The notes under the pieces were generated by a model. The model saw only the letters and a program-made list of their open reading frames with translations, was not told the origin of the DNA and did no database searches. The translations under genes and the position numbers were made by a program. Shown here piece by piece: positions 37,733 to 51,154 of a DNA stretch of 64,000 nt (its first letter is position 1; each line of letters starts with the position of its first letter). Source of the stretch: Puccinia triticina (Eukaryota); NCBI GenBank assembly GCA_026914245.1, contig CP110439.1:3968001-4032000 (forward strand), read 5' to 3'.

Positions 37733-38636
37733 ATGCCTCAATTGAAATGATCAATGTTTTTCTTATATTCTTTCAACTTAACCCAACAGATACAATGCAG
37801 GGCTTCCTGTTGCTCTTGTTTGCAGCTCTTGCAGAATCAAATCATACACCCTAACTATCGATTTTGGTCAAAATGATTATGTTTTCCTATCTGACTATGG
37901 CTTTCCTGTATGCTGGTTGATATGTATGTTGATTGGTGTGTTAGTCCACCCAATGGCTGCCATTCTGCGCCTGTTGTCGGAAGCTCAGCCGACGGCGGGG
38001 CTTGACGGAAGGCCCGGATCGGAGGAGGAACCGACGGCGGCTTCGGCCACATGCCGGTACAAGACAATCATTGACTTCTTGTCCACTCTGGGAAAGATCT
38101 AGATTTTACTGCATATGAAATCTATTTTTTGAGGCTCTAATTAAATTCTGGGGGTTCCCCAGTAGGTCTGCCACAAAAGAAATTTGGTGGGAGGACGCCC
38201 TGCTTCGGCCGTTGACCAGGTGTAGGCAAACCGCTGGTGGAGGGCATCTAAACCTGTTGAGTTCGCAGGAAGGGCTAAATCATACTTGCCGCTGAATGAT
38301 GATTGACAGAGATCTCCAGCCAGATGTCTCGAGTTTCCGTCCAGATTGAGCCATTTTTAGCGATGGAAGTCCTCCAGCTTTTGTTTGATGTCATGGCTTG
38401 TGCAGCAGTGAGTGTGTTGGGTGATGCTTGTACCGGGTGGGAGTATCCGTGCTGTGGCCAATCAGGCCGAGCCAGATACCTGCAGCGAGACCGCCCGACT
38501 GACCATCAAAATCTGCGAATCGCCCATCCACCAACCATTCGAAAGGAAACAGACATCAACCATCCAATCCGGCAAGCAGAAGGAGACCGTCCCCGAATCG
38601 ATAACCAACCAAATCTCTCCCGTCAGCTGAGCCGCC

Positions 38637-39840
<1,204 letters not shown>

Positions 39841-40446
39841 CCAACCTCCACAGCCTCCAAGATCTAGCATCATCATCACAGCCTTGTCTCAGAGTCTTTC
39901 AAGAAAGTCTTCTTCTTTGTGATTGTACACACACACGCATACGTATTCCTTTTGTCCCTCTCCCATCTGAAATTCAAGGGCTCTATTCTACACCAGCAAT
40001 GTTCGGGGATTTCGTTCCAACACACGCGGGAGGATCATGAATGTGATTGATCATGAGATTCGGCCCCGCATGGCTGTTCAGATTATTCCTTCCTTTGGAG
40101 CCAGGAGTTTGCATCAGGTTGAAGATGAGCAGCCATGAGACAAGCCCACTTTGATTTTAGCTTCAGAGTTGCCAAGGGATAACACACATGTTTTCAGTTG
40201 GAAGGGTGCAGGCAGAAAGACACAATGCGCACTTTGTGTGGAAAAGCCAGGGGGGAGGGATTAGGCAGATTGGAGGATGTGGTGAGCCAAGAAGAAGAGT
40301 ATGTAAGGCAAGTCAGACTGTGCTATGTGCTGCTGCTTGACAACCACGTGTGATTGCTGTGAGGTGTGACAGCCCCGTGAAAGGGAGTGTGGGATGAGTC
40401 TGGTTTTCGAGTTGATTAATTTTTCAGCAGCAACCAGCCACCGACC

Positions 40447-43400
40447 ATGGAACCCAGCACTTCCCAAGAACCACCAGCAACGACAACGACGAGCAACAAC
40501 AACATCAACAACAACAACATCAGAAACAGACACACGAGAAACAATCCTAACGAAGCACCCGCTGACACACTCACCGAGAAGGTCGACCATTCAAAGTCCG
40601 GCTGGGAATTCTGGGTGGCAGACGAAGAGAACCTGCTCAGCACAAACGACACTCTCCCACCCTCCCTCCAAACATTAACAAACCCACCCCCGCTCAACTT
40701 CAGCACACACAGACCCATCCTCAGCACAACCAGCACCGCAACCACCACCATGGCCAACAACAGCAGCAACAACAACAACAACAACAACAATACCAGCCAC
40801 CAGCCAGCATCAACACATACCCACTCAGCATCCTCAGCCTCATCTGTCGCCCCACCCAACCAGCCAGCCGAGCCAAGCCAAGCCAATCCTGAAAACAACA
40901 ACAACAACAACAACAACAACAAGACCAGCGATCCGCCTGCCTCCGACGAAGCATCCCTGACCGGCATCGGCTCATTCTCAAACTACAAACCAAACCATCC
41001 ACTCACCCCCAACGAGCACCCCAAGCCGATCCCCAACTCACCATCACCCCCCGACCAACAACAGCAACCCACCGAGCAGGGCACAGCCATCGCCTACCCC
41101 TTCCTGCTCTCAAACTCACCCGGATTCAGCCCCAACCAACGTACGTCCCCATCCCTCTGCTTCACAAACCTCCTACTCTCTCTCTCTCTCTAACCTGCCC
41201 CATCTATTCCAGAAAACCACCAAACCGACAGCAGAACCTCAAAAGAGTTCTCCCCAGTCCTCAAGCCGGAGCCCCCCCATTCCTCCCCATCCACAAACAC
41301 CCTTGGTCTAGCTACCACCACCAATGCCCCCGAGTCGGCCAGGAACCCCAGATCCTCCCCCGGCTCCCCCAAACCACAGTCCGCCCCTCGCAGCTCCCCA
41401 GGCCCGCCGCCGCCTGGCTTACGCTACACACATGCATACGAGCTCTACGACCGCCAGGTGTCTCGTGTCAAGCCTCACACCGCCGGTGTCCGCACACCAA
41501 ACGCCGTCCTGGTCTCCGGATACTCTAACCACACCCCGGCCGCATCCCCCCCTAAAAAGATCCCACCCCCTCCACCAGCAGAGGTCTGTTTGGAATGCAT
41601 GATGAGAGATCGGGACATGATCGGGATCGACGTCGTCGGGCCGGGGATCTGGGCCAGGGAGAGTGACGCTGATTTCGAGGAGGCCGTCCGGGCCGAAGCT
41701 GCTGCCATGGAGGATGAGGAATCCGCGGCCGAGTGCGATCAAGACTCGTCGGTCCATCAGACCCTCTCCAGTCGAACCATCGACGACCCTTTGGGGGAGA
41801 GTAGCTCCTCGGGTCACATCAACAAGAGGATCACTCCCGCCGCCCTTAACGGCCGCACTGGCTCCTCTCGTGATCACCCCTCACACAAACCTCGCTCCCA
41901 TAGAAAGCCAATCGGCAAGGGTCAGCCACTCACCATGCCTGCTCTCAAGGCCTGGACTCAGATGGTACGTCTTCTTGCCGCTTCTTAGCCATAAAATAGC
42001 TCAATCCCCTAAAATTTCCCCGCAGAATGTACCTGCCTCCAGTCATCGCTGGCGCACCTTACAGCTGTACCTCAGGGAACAACGCCACTACCTCGAACTA
42101 GAACGACGAGCCAAGCGATCGATCGACCTTGAGAACGAACGGACCGAAGAGTTGATCCGGAGCAATACCGATAGCCTCGTCCAATCCAGCTCGATGCGCA
42201 CCCCCACCGAGGCCCCCCGCTCGGATTACCAGTTCCTTCACACCGTCCCCCGCGCCAAGATTACCCACAGGGCTTCCAGTACTACCCTCTTGTCCAACGG
42301 ATTGATCCTCGAAACTTTGGACGTCTCGAAAGATGAGAAAGAGGCCGCAAAGTATCGGGCTAATGATAACAAACTTGCCCCAAGTCAGTCTCTACTCCCT
42401 TTTATTTACTGTCTACTTAAGTCATCAACACTCACCCCCACATCCTAGCTTCAGGTCGGAGAGTTTCTTCATCATCATCTGCTATCCGCAATGGCACTGC
42501 TCAGTCGCCTAGGACGAGCACGATGAACATCAACTCGCTTACACTCAACCCGGACTCACTCAATGCGGTTGCGGGTATGGATCAAGCCCTTTCCAGTCAC
42601 CCTGGCACCCCATCTACTCGGCCGCCTTCGCCCCACCGGTTCAGCTTTGCCAGTCGGAAGAGTGGCGGCTTTGGAGAGAGCATGCGGCCGTTTTCCACCT
42701 GGGGTCGCAACCGACGAAGCGCATCCAACTCGGTCCTCTCGCTCGCCCCCTCGGGCTCGATGATCGACATGCACGTCGGTCTCTCCCAAGACAGGCACCT
42801 CACACCAGGCTCGTTTCCGAGCTCACAGATCGGCCAGCCGATCCCCAAGAACCGATCGATGCTCAACTTTCACCAGTCACTAGGCGGGCCGCCGATGGGC
42901 GCCCATCAGCAGGAGTACACCCACAAGCCCTCCCTGGGCTCGATGACCTCGAGCCCGACGGCTGCACGGTTTGCGGGTCTGGGCGACGAGCGGACGGCGG
43001 ATGGGATGAAGAAGGAGAACAAGAAGAAGCTCCGTCACACGCTCAAGGGGCTCTGGATGAAGCTCGGACTGGGCCGCCAACGGGCATGCTCGATCGACCA
43101 AATCGGCTCTCCGAGTCCGCTGGGTACGCAGTCACGAGGGCGAGCGGCGGCGCATGCGAATGCGGACGACGAGCCGCTCGATCCGCCACCGTCGTTATCG
43201 GTGCTTGCGCGGGAGCAACAGAGCCATCGCCGGAACCGGTCGACGCTGTCGTTGCCGCTGACGAATGTCCGTCGCTTCGGGGGCTTCCGCCCCCAGTCGT
43301 CGTCGACGGCGACCATGGGAGGAGGCCCGGACTCGAGCCTGAGCTCGCCGGTCTCCCACCAGTTCTTGCCCCCCTCGCCCGGCGCCAAGATGTCCCTGCA

Positions 43401-44169
43401 CTCGGGCTCCGCTGCCCAGTCGCCCTACATCGCGCCCAACAACGACCCCCTCTACGACTCCCTCGCCGAGGAACTCGAGACCCCCGCCCGTCAGCACCCT
43501 CACCAGCAACCGCGCTCCCGCGTCCGCTCCCTCGGCACCACTAGTCTCTTCAACGAGCTCGCCACCACGCAGGAAGAAGAAGACGACCCCCGTCTGCCCA
43601 AACGCGCATCCACACTCGACCCGGCTTCCTCCACCGAACCCCTCCCCGGCCTCACGAACCACACCAGTACCGTCTCCTGCTCAAGACCTACTTCGACCAA
43701 CCACACTACTGCTGCTGCTGACAAATCGCCCAGCGTGCGCACCGTGCTCAGCAAGTCTTCCAAGATCTTCCACAAACTCTCCACCATCAACCTCGCCGCT
43801 TCCGCCTCCAAACGCCGCTCCTCGTCCGGCGGCTCGATGTCGAATAACAACAATTCGCTGGCCAGCTCGACCAACCTCCGCCCGACGCCACACTTGCGCA
43901 CCTCCACCTCGTCCGTCTTCTCTGCGACGAACACCCCCGGCCCCGGCCCCGACGGCTCGCCCGACCACCACCAGCAGCTCCATCCCGCCCACTCCCAGTT
44001 CATCCATCAGCACCCGCCCTTCAACACCGCCCCGCCCGCCCACAGACCCGACTATCTGCCCTCCGAGAAGACCCGCAACGGCGTCTCCAGGTCCGCCGAC
44101 TTCCTCGCCCTCCGATACGTCTCGCTCTCCCGCGACGACCAGATCCTTGGCCACCACCACCAGTCCTGA
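40447..44169 (+). CDS. Large low-complexity protein of unknown function with a conserved-looking EVCLECMMRDRDM..GPGIWARESDADFE segment; 4 exons
   Basis: Exons 40447-41140, 41213-41964, 42026-42383, 42449-44169 join in frame through GT-AG introns; poly-Asn tracts from (AAC)n. Confidence 0.75.
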
Positions 44170-44719
44170 TCACAACCTCCCCCGCTTCCACACTCGCTCT
44201 GTGCTCGCTCGGCTCCTTCTTGGCTTTCCTCTCTTTCGCTTCTCTTTCTTTTGGGCTCAAAGGGAGGCGAACGAGGCTCGCTGGGCCGGCGCGAGGATCA
44301 GCCGGTGGAGCTGGTAAGACACCCCCATACATATATATATATACTTAAATATACCTCGCCCTGTGCCCGATCTCTCTATTTCGCTTGTTTATCATATACG
44401 CCCCCCGTCTCTCCTTTGTCCTGCTCCTATCCATCGCCCGCCCCGCCCCTCGTCTGCCCGTCTGTGCGGCCCGCTTGTGTATACATGTGTGTGTTTATAT
44501 TGTTATACTGTCTTTCTGCGCTTCTTGTCTTAATCAGTCTTTTTTGGTCAACTGTGTGTGTGTGTGTTCTTTGGCTTCTGTGGGCTGGGTCTGCGGTCTG
44601 TTTGTGCGTAGACGTGTGTGTGTCTGTGGGGCAGGAGGGACGAATCTTTGGGGGATGTTTTGTGTGTCTTGGGTGCAGGTAAATACTACTGAGCTGGGAG
44701 GGACACAGCTCACATAATA

Positions 44720-46133
44720 TCTACAGAAATACATTTGATTTGAATAGATACTTGACCACACTGCTGCCCTGGGAATACTTTGCATCTTTTTTGGTCATGT
44801 TGTTCTTGTCTTGGACAGTCCTGGCTCCTGCATAGGCTCGGCTTGCTCCACCAGCACAATAACCATGGCGGAGAGAAAGATACAAAGAAAGTGTCCGGTT
44901 GAAAATGAAAACGGCAGTAGATCATTCCCGGTGAGAAGTGATTGGGGAAAGTAGAAATATGCATATTAGAAACCAGGAAGAAAGGGAAATTGGATTGGAC
45001 TTGGTTGTTGAGAAATAAAAATTAGAAACAGGAAAACAAAATCTATTAAAAAATATAGAAAAAATTCTGAAATTTCTATGCAACTTCTAAACTTTGATTA
45101 AAGCAAATCAAACCCAAAGCCCAAAATAGTCATGAGAATTGGAAAGTTTGAGATTTTTGATCTGAACAAATTTGAGGGTGTGTATTCACTTGGACTTGCT
45201 GAATTTGTATGTGGGTGTTCAAGGTTAGGATCAGTTGTTCCTTTAACTAACCAGAGTGAAAATATGGAAACATGCAAATATATCCCACCGCATTATTTTT
45301 CAAACATGAAATTCCACCACGTGATCTTCAGCTGTGCTTATGATTTCCACCCTCTTTTCAGCTGGATGGAGTTCTGGACGAAATTCCGCAGAATACCAAA
45401 GGCAACTGGTGATGGTTCAATTTCAACCCTCAGATACTCCCCCAGACTTTACCGTCCAATATCTAGACATGAAATCCACAAAATAGTACCACATTCAGGT
45501 ATGGCAATTACAACAAATCTCAAAAGAGATAGCTATGGATTGACAATTAGGCAAAGACATGAAGGCATTAGCACGATTTGAAAGATTCAAAAGACATTTA
45601 TCACTTTGTTTGAACAGTCTTGAATACATCTCAGATTTCATGATTACCCATCTGGGAAAAGAATTACAAAAGACAGAACTAGAAGGCTTCTCACAAACAT
45701 CTTCAGAACCCACTACACAATCAGATTGCTTCCAGACTAAATCTAAATCAATTCAAGGCTTCAAATTTGGATCTTCAACTTACACTGCAGAACCAACAGA
45801 AATTCATCCACTGATCAACCAATCAAATATTTTGGAGTGGTTCTCTGGAATGATTCTTGGGACTCATCCTCAATTCTCTTTACCTTTGAATGGAAAGATA
45901 GCCAACCCAAGCCCAAGTTATCTTGAAAATTTGGATGGAAGAGAATTTCACAAGGTGCAAACCAAACTCATTTCAAACAGTACTTGCTAAAATATCATGA
46001 GGCTTCATTGGTTCTATTTGGTTATTGGATCAAGAATGAGCACACAAGTTTTTGGAACAATTTGTTTGAAACTGATCAAGATTACTCCAGACTGATTAAG
46101 GATGCACTGACACAACATTTCAAAGTTGGTTAA
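44720..46133 (+). pseudogene. Decayed paralogue of the 35639-37732 secreted-protein family
   Basis: Frameshifted fragments NILEWFSGMILG..FSLPLNGK..KVQTKLI and ASLVLFGYWIKNEHTSFWNNLFETDQDYSRLI match LLVWFSGKLL..FPVIGR and AIALVGYWLKNEKPTFWKKHFKDDQEFSDFI; 5' limit approximate. Confidence 0.75.
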
Positions 46134-47317
46134 GCACAAAGATTTTACTAGAGCAATTGTATGGTTTCCAGCTTTAGAATATCTATTTACCTAGGAGTCT
46201 CATGATTTCTGGAAACCAAGAGTTTAGGATGTTGGGTAGCTTCTTTTGTACCCTTGAGGACTTCCAGTGTCCACTTTGCATTCCATACTACATACTCTAG
46301 ATTCAACTCTGCTTTAACCCAGAACTTAGTTAAACCATATTCCTACTCAAATGGTCCACCAAATTACCAATATCAGTGTCAAAACCTCCTCAATAACCCA
46401 CACCCTCTATTAATTCATAGCAGTTTTTGTCTGCCAAGGGGTATGGGAATGGGATGGTATGGGTTAATGAAGATTTGACTATAACTGTGAGGTCTGGATT
46501 GTTTATGTTTTTTACAAAAAATTAAGCCTGCAGTTTTTTCAACAGTAGGGTTAATTTCTATCTTGATAATTTTTTGATGGCACTGTTGAGTTAGTTGAGC
46601 AAGTAGACCTTCTAAATAACAGGCTGATTCAAGCACCTATGATAGTGGAGAGCTGACATCTAAAGGGTGAGCTCCCGGATGTTTGGGAAGGCACCCTTTA
46701 GACGCCCTTCTCCGAATTGGCGGGCGGCTTAGAGCCGCTCGAGCTGCACGGAGTTCGCCTGCCAAATCCCAGCTGCCCCCCTCGACTCCATTTCTGTGTC
46801 CCTGCACCGGACCTAGAACTCCAAACTTGTGCAAGTTTATGTAAATATGTACATATTCCCTCGTAAATACGTACACAATTTGTAACTCAAGGTAACGCTT
46901 CATTGGTTTTTTTTTTTTTTTTTTTTTTTAAAGTGCAGTTTGTTTTGACATTGCGCACTATGAGGTACCAGCATTGAGATAGAAACTATCGCTAAAGACA
47001 AGAGAGGCCCCAAGGGCTACAAATTTTCCGACAAAACTTTGCAAAATTTTCAATGTGTAAGGGAAAAAGGAAAGAAGAAGAAAAAAAGGGGGAGAAGAAA
47101 AGGAGAAGGGGATAGTAAATCCAGAGGGTAGTTGATATGAATGATCCAGAAAGAATTTAGTTTAGAGTTGGGGATAAGTCCAACGTCGGGAACACACAAT
47201 GCCTTGTGTCCGGAAACCTCCCAGAGTCTTTTAGGAACTGTGCCACTACCTTCGTGGCCCTAGGGTTGTTCAATAGATACCGTGCTGACAGAGAAACCAA
47301 TCGTAGTTGAAGGGACT

Positions 47318-49938
47318 TCAACGCCCCTCGTAGTTTTTGCCGGTGGGAATGGTGCGCCCACAGTAAATTAAGTAGTGCTCAACAGTTTCTTTGACATTGC
47401 AACTGTCACAAACTGGATAGGGGTTGAGTTTGAATCTGAAGAGAGAGTCGTTCAGGTGCGCATGTCCTGATCGTAGCTGGTGAAAGATTTTTGAAACCGG
47501 AAATTCCAACGCCTCCCAAGTCACCGTCCTCCGTCGTTTTTCCACCAAGCCCTGTCGTGCAGCCTCGAGACTCCGCCGAAGACGCATTGTTCCTTGGTCC
47601 TCCCCGCAAGCTTGTCCGGCCTTCTCGTCCGCCAGCTCGTTTCCTCGCACCCCTACGTGCCCTGGGCACCACCACACATTGATCTCCACGTCAGCCGGTA
47701 TCGTGCTGACCAAGTCTAACAGTTGTAACAGAAGGTACTGCCCTGATTTAGGGGCTGTCGGGCGCTTGAGCCGAAGGATTGCCGCCTGGCTGTCCGATAA
47801 TATTGTTATCGACCGTGTAAGGCCTTGTTCCACCATCTCCTTCCCCAGCCGGACCCCCAAGAGCAGTCCGGCCACTTCGCACTCGAAATTTGATGCCCGA
47901 GCGCTTGATCCTAGGCCTTCTGTCAAAGCAAACACACCATCAGCTGTGGTCGCGGCGGCCCCCAGACCCTTCTCTGGGTGAGCCGACCCGTCAGTGTAAA
48001 GGAACCGTTCACTTCCCGGGGTCTGATCCAGTGTCTCTTTGATGGCTCGAGCCACCACCTCCTTGCTACCCGCATCTATCCTTGTCCGGAACCGGTTTGT
48101 TGATATCCACGGTGGGAAAGCTGATAAGAAGAATAGAACCTGCTCTACATCAGCTAGTTCTGCCTTGATTAAGCTCTCCTTTTTTAGATTAGCGCTGGCC
48201 GTGTCGGGGAACCCCCCCCCGCCCCTCCTACACTATCTTGTTGGATCTGCAGTTCAATGGCCGTCGGGGCCGTCCCCGTCCTGGCCGTCTTTGTGAGGAA
48301 GTACTGTGCAATTCGGTTTTGTGCCGCCGTCTCGATCTCCTGAAAAGGCTGGTGTTGTCTCAAGTACTTCACCGGGGTTGTCCTGGTGGCCCCTGTTGCA
48401 AACCTAGCCGCTTGGTTGTTGATCACGGTCAGTACTTTGTCCACCTTTGCTCTATTTTGATTGGTGTACCAAACCTGTACTCCATACAGTACCCTTGGCG
48501 TGAGGACAGCCGAGACCAGGAGCCCTCGCTCTCGCTCCTTCACTCCCCACGTCGATTTCCCTATGGTCTGCAGTTGGCCAAGTGTCTGCTCCGCCTTTTT
48601 CTTAACCTGGCCCACATGTTTTGAAAAATTCAGCTTTGCGTCGAACCACACCCCTAGCCACTTGACCTCCGCCAAGGGTTCGAGTCTTGTCCCATCAAAG
48701 TAGAAGGGTGACTTAGCTTGTTGCGAGTTTGTAAACACAATGTATTGCGCTTGTCGTCGTTGCCAGAAACTTTCTCCAGTGCACCTGTTTGAGCTCGACG
48801 ACCTTTTCCTTGAAGCGGGCGTTCCAGTAATTAAACCTCTGGATGTTCTCCTCAGAATTTGTCATCAGCATGAGTCTGCGGCATTTATTTCTAGTCTTCA
48901 CCAATGGATCAAGGACCTCACGGTCCCACCACTTCTTGGCTTTTGCCGGGTTGTCCTGGACCTCCCTGCCCTGCTGGAGCCACGCCTCCCGGATCGCCGA
49001 CGTCAGCTGCTCCTCCGTGGTGTCAATCTCCTGTATAGACCGAGGGGGACTTAGCTGGGCAATCCTTGCTGCCACATCCTTACACAGCCTTTCGCCGTCC
49101 ACTTTCTCCCACGCCGGTGGGACGCGGTGCGTGCCTACAAGGGGGGGGGGGGGGAAATATCCAGGGTGATCAGAATCTTTTGATGGTCCGACCCGTGGTT
49201 CTCAGAGCTTGTGGACACTGCCCTGACAATCCTACTCCCCAAAAAATTTGTCCATGTCAAGTCGATGATCGTCCGCGCTCCTCTGCTCGAGATGAAGGTC
49301 GGAGCGCCCGCCTCAATGTTCAACCTGAACCCGGCCCTGCCGCACACTCTCACCAAGGCAGCCGCTTCCGGGTGGCAATGGTGGTATCCGGCCGGGTTCC
49401 ACATCCGATGATGAAGGTTTGTATCCATTGCGATGATCGTTGCTACCTTCCTGCTGTCGGAACCTGCCAACCAGCTCTCCAGCAGCTGGATGCCTGAAAA
49501 AACCCGCGGCTGATTGTAGACATTAATCAGACGCAGTTGGCGTTGGTGGCCTAAATCAACCTCCATCGCCAACAGAAACTTTGAGTTAGTCTTCAGAACG
49601 GCCAAAGAAATAGATGGAAAAGTTTTTCTTATGTATGTCACCACGCGGTGTTTATCGGAGAGGTCCTTGGGGCGGTGTTCCGGGCTACTAAAAGTCCACC
49701 AGCTATCATGATCGGGGGGAAGGAGGGTCAGCGGGTTAATCCAAGGTTCCTGCAAAAGAAGAAAGACAGATGAGGCTGGCTCATCGTTCAAAATACTCAA
49801 GGTTACCACTCTGCTGTTGTGGCAGTTCAACTGCACAGCTTTTGGGGAAAAGGAGGCTGCATTGCTACGGCCTAAGACACTAGAAAGATTACAAGGGGGA
49901 TTCAAGGTAGGGGTTAGTCTTTTGGTTGTATTAATCAT
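47318..49938 (-). pseudogene. LINE ORF2: APE endonuclease, RT remnant, RNase H, C-terminal CCHC
   Basis: QLNC, LLQEPW, MDTNLHH, IDLTW, SDH (APE); KWLGVWFD (RT end); YTDGS, SDSQAA, WCPGHVGVRGNELAD (RNase H); C..C..ETVEH..C. No YADD; frameshifts at homopolymer runs near 49145 and 48215. Confidence 0.9.
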
Positions 49939-51154
49939 GAGGGATATGTTTTTTAGAAATCAGCCAGTTCCGCTTCACTCCGCATGCCTTGTCAAACGGC
50001 GTATGGGAAGACCAAATTTCCTTTTCTTTACCACCATCTCTGCATACCACACAGATCTTCCCGCCCCCCTCCATGGGGGTGAGGCATTCACGAGTCTCGT
50101 GAGCATCACCGCATTTGCCACATTTCGGTGCCACCCGGCACCACTTCCCGAAGTGGCCCATACCGAGGCACTTGAAACATTGCGGTGGAAGTCTCTTAAA
50201 CCTTTCTACCCAATAATGTTGACATTCTAGATAGATACATTGTTGCCTGATTAATCGGTCGGCCAGATCCGAGTCGGTCAGCGACACCACAATCGTTCCG
50301 GCGTTCCGCGGGTTGTCCGGTTCCCTGCTTCCCCCCAGCCACCTGATACGGTGAATCTTTTTTGCCAGGAAAGAGTTGTCCGAGGCCAGCAGCATTTTGC
50401 TTTCCATCCTGTCGACTGCAAAGCTCCGCGGGATCCCATGAATTAGAACCGAATACGTGCTCGGCGATGCTTCTAAGTCCGGGTGGAGGTGCTTGCTCCA
50501 CTCGTGCCTGTTTCTGTTAAGCCATTCCTTCTGGTGCCTGTAATTGGAGTAGAAGGAGACATCGCCCAAGGGTAAGAACCGAACCGCCTTAATAGCGACC
50601 TTCTCTCCATTGACCTTTGCGTCTAGCTTTTCTAATATTTCGTTCGCTTTTCGAACTACGTCTTCTGCCTTTGCGTCTTTGAGGGGCGCGGTTCCGGAAC
50701 GGGCGTGGATTATGGATAGACCCGGTCTTGCTGCCACCATTTCAGCCTGCTTCGGGGGTGCCGGCGGTGGGGGGTTCTTGGCAACGGCCGTGGACGCGTA
50801 CGTCTTCACTGGGGTGGGTCTTGCTTTGGTAATTTGGCCGGCTTCAATTGTCTGGACGCGTCCTCTTAGGTCCCGGAGGTCCGCCATCGCTCGCTGCATT
50901 TCCTTCATCGCGGCTTGGAGTTCCGCCATCGCGTTTTGAAGTTGGCGCTTCTGCTCGACTTCGTTATCCAGGAGCTGGAGGATGATGGGGACCATCATCG
51001 CGTCGAGGCTGACTCTGCCGTTCTGAGCTTGGCTTTCCGGGGCTGTCAACAAAAACCGGAGGAGTGACGCCGAGGTGTGTCCTGGCTCTTGCTGCGTTGG
51101 GGGCGCGGGTAGGGGGGCTGCTGGGAGGCGGTGGGATTCGGATGCGGCAGTCAT
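49931..51154 (-). CDS. LINE ORF1 (gag-like) with three Cys/His knuckles
   Basis: 407-aa open frame; coiled-coil, CFKCLGMGHFGKWC, CGKCGDAHETREC, CVVC..HTPFDKAC; stop overlaps ORF2 ATG (ATGATTAA). Confidence 0.9.
   Translation of the reverse strand: MTAASESHRLPAAPLPAPPTQQEPGHTSASLLRFLLTAPESQAQNGRVSLDAMMVPIILQLLDNEVEQKRQLQNAMAELQAAMKEMQRAMADLRDLRGRVQTIEAGQITKARPTPVKTYASTAVAKNPPPPAPPKQAEMVAARPGLSIIHARSGTAPLKDAKAEDVVRKANEILEKLDAKVNGEKVAIKAVRFLPLGDVSFYSNYRHQKEWLNRNRHEWSKHLHPDLEASPSTYSVLIHGIPRSFAVDRMESKMLLASDNSFLAKKIHRIRWLGGSREPDNPRNAGTIVVSLTDSDLADRLIRQQCIYLECQHYWVERFKRLPPQCFKCLGMGHFGKWCRVAPKCGKCGDAHETRECLTPMEGGGKICVVCRDGGKEKEIWSSHTPFDKACGVKRNWLISKKHIPHD

Noticed and set aside
38303..38636. Upstream ATGs as the PSST start
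   Set aside because: ATG 38637 has a strong gccgcc context and gives a consistent spliced presequence; upstream frames terminate or need unsupported introns.
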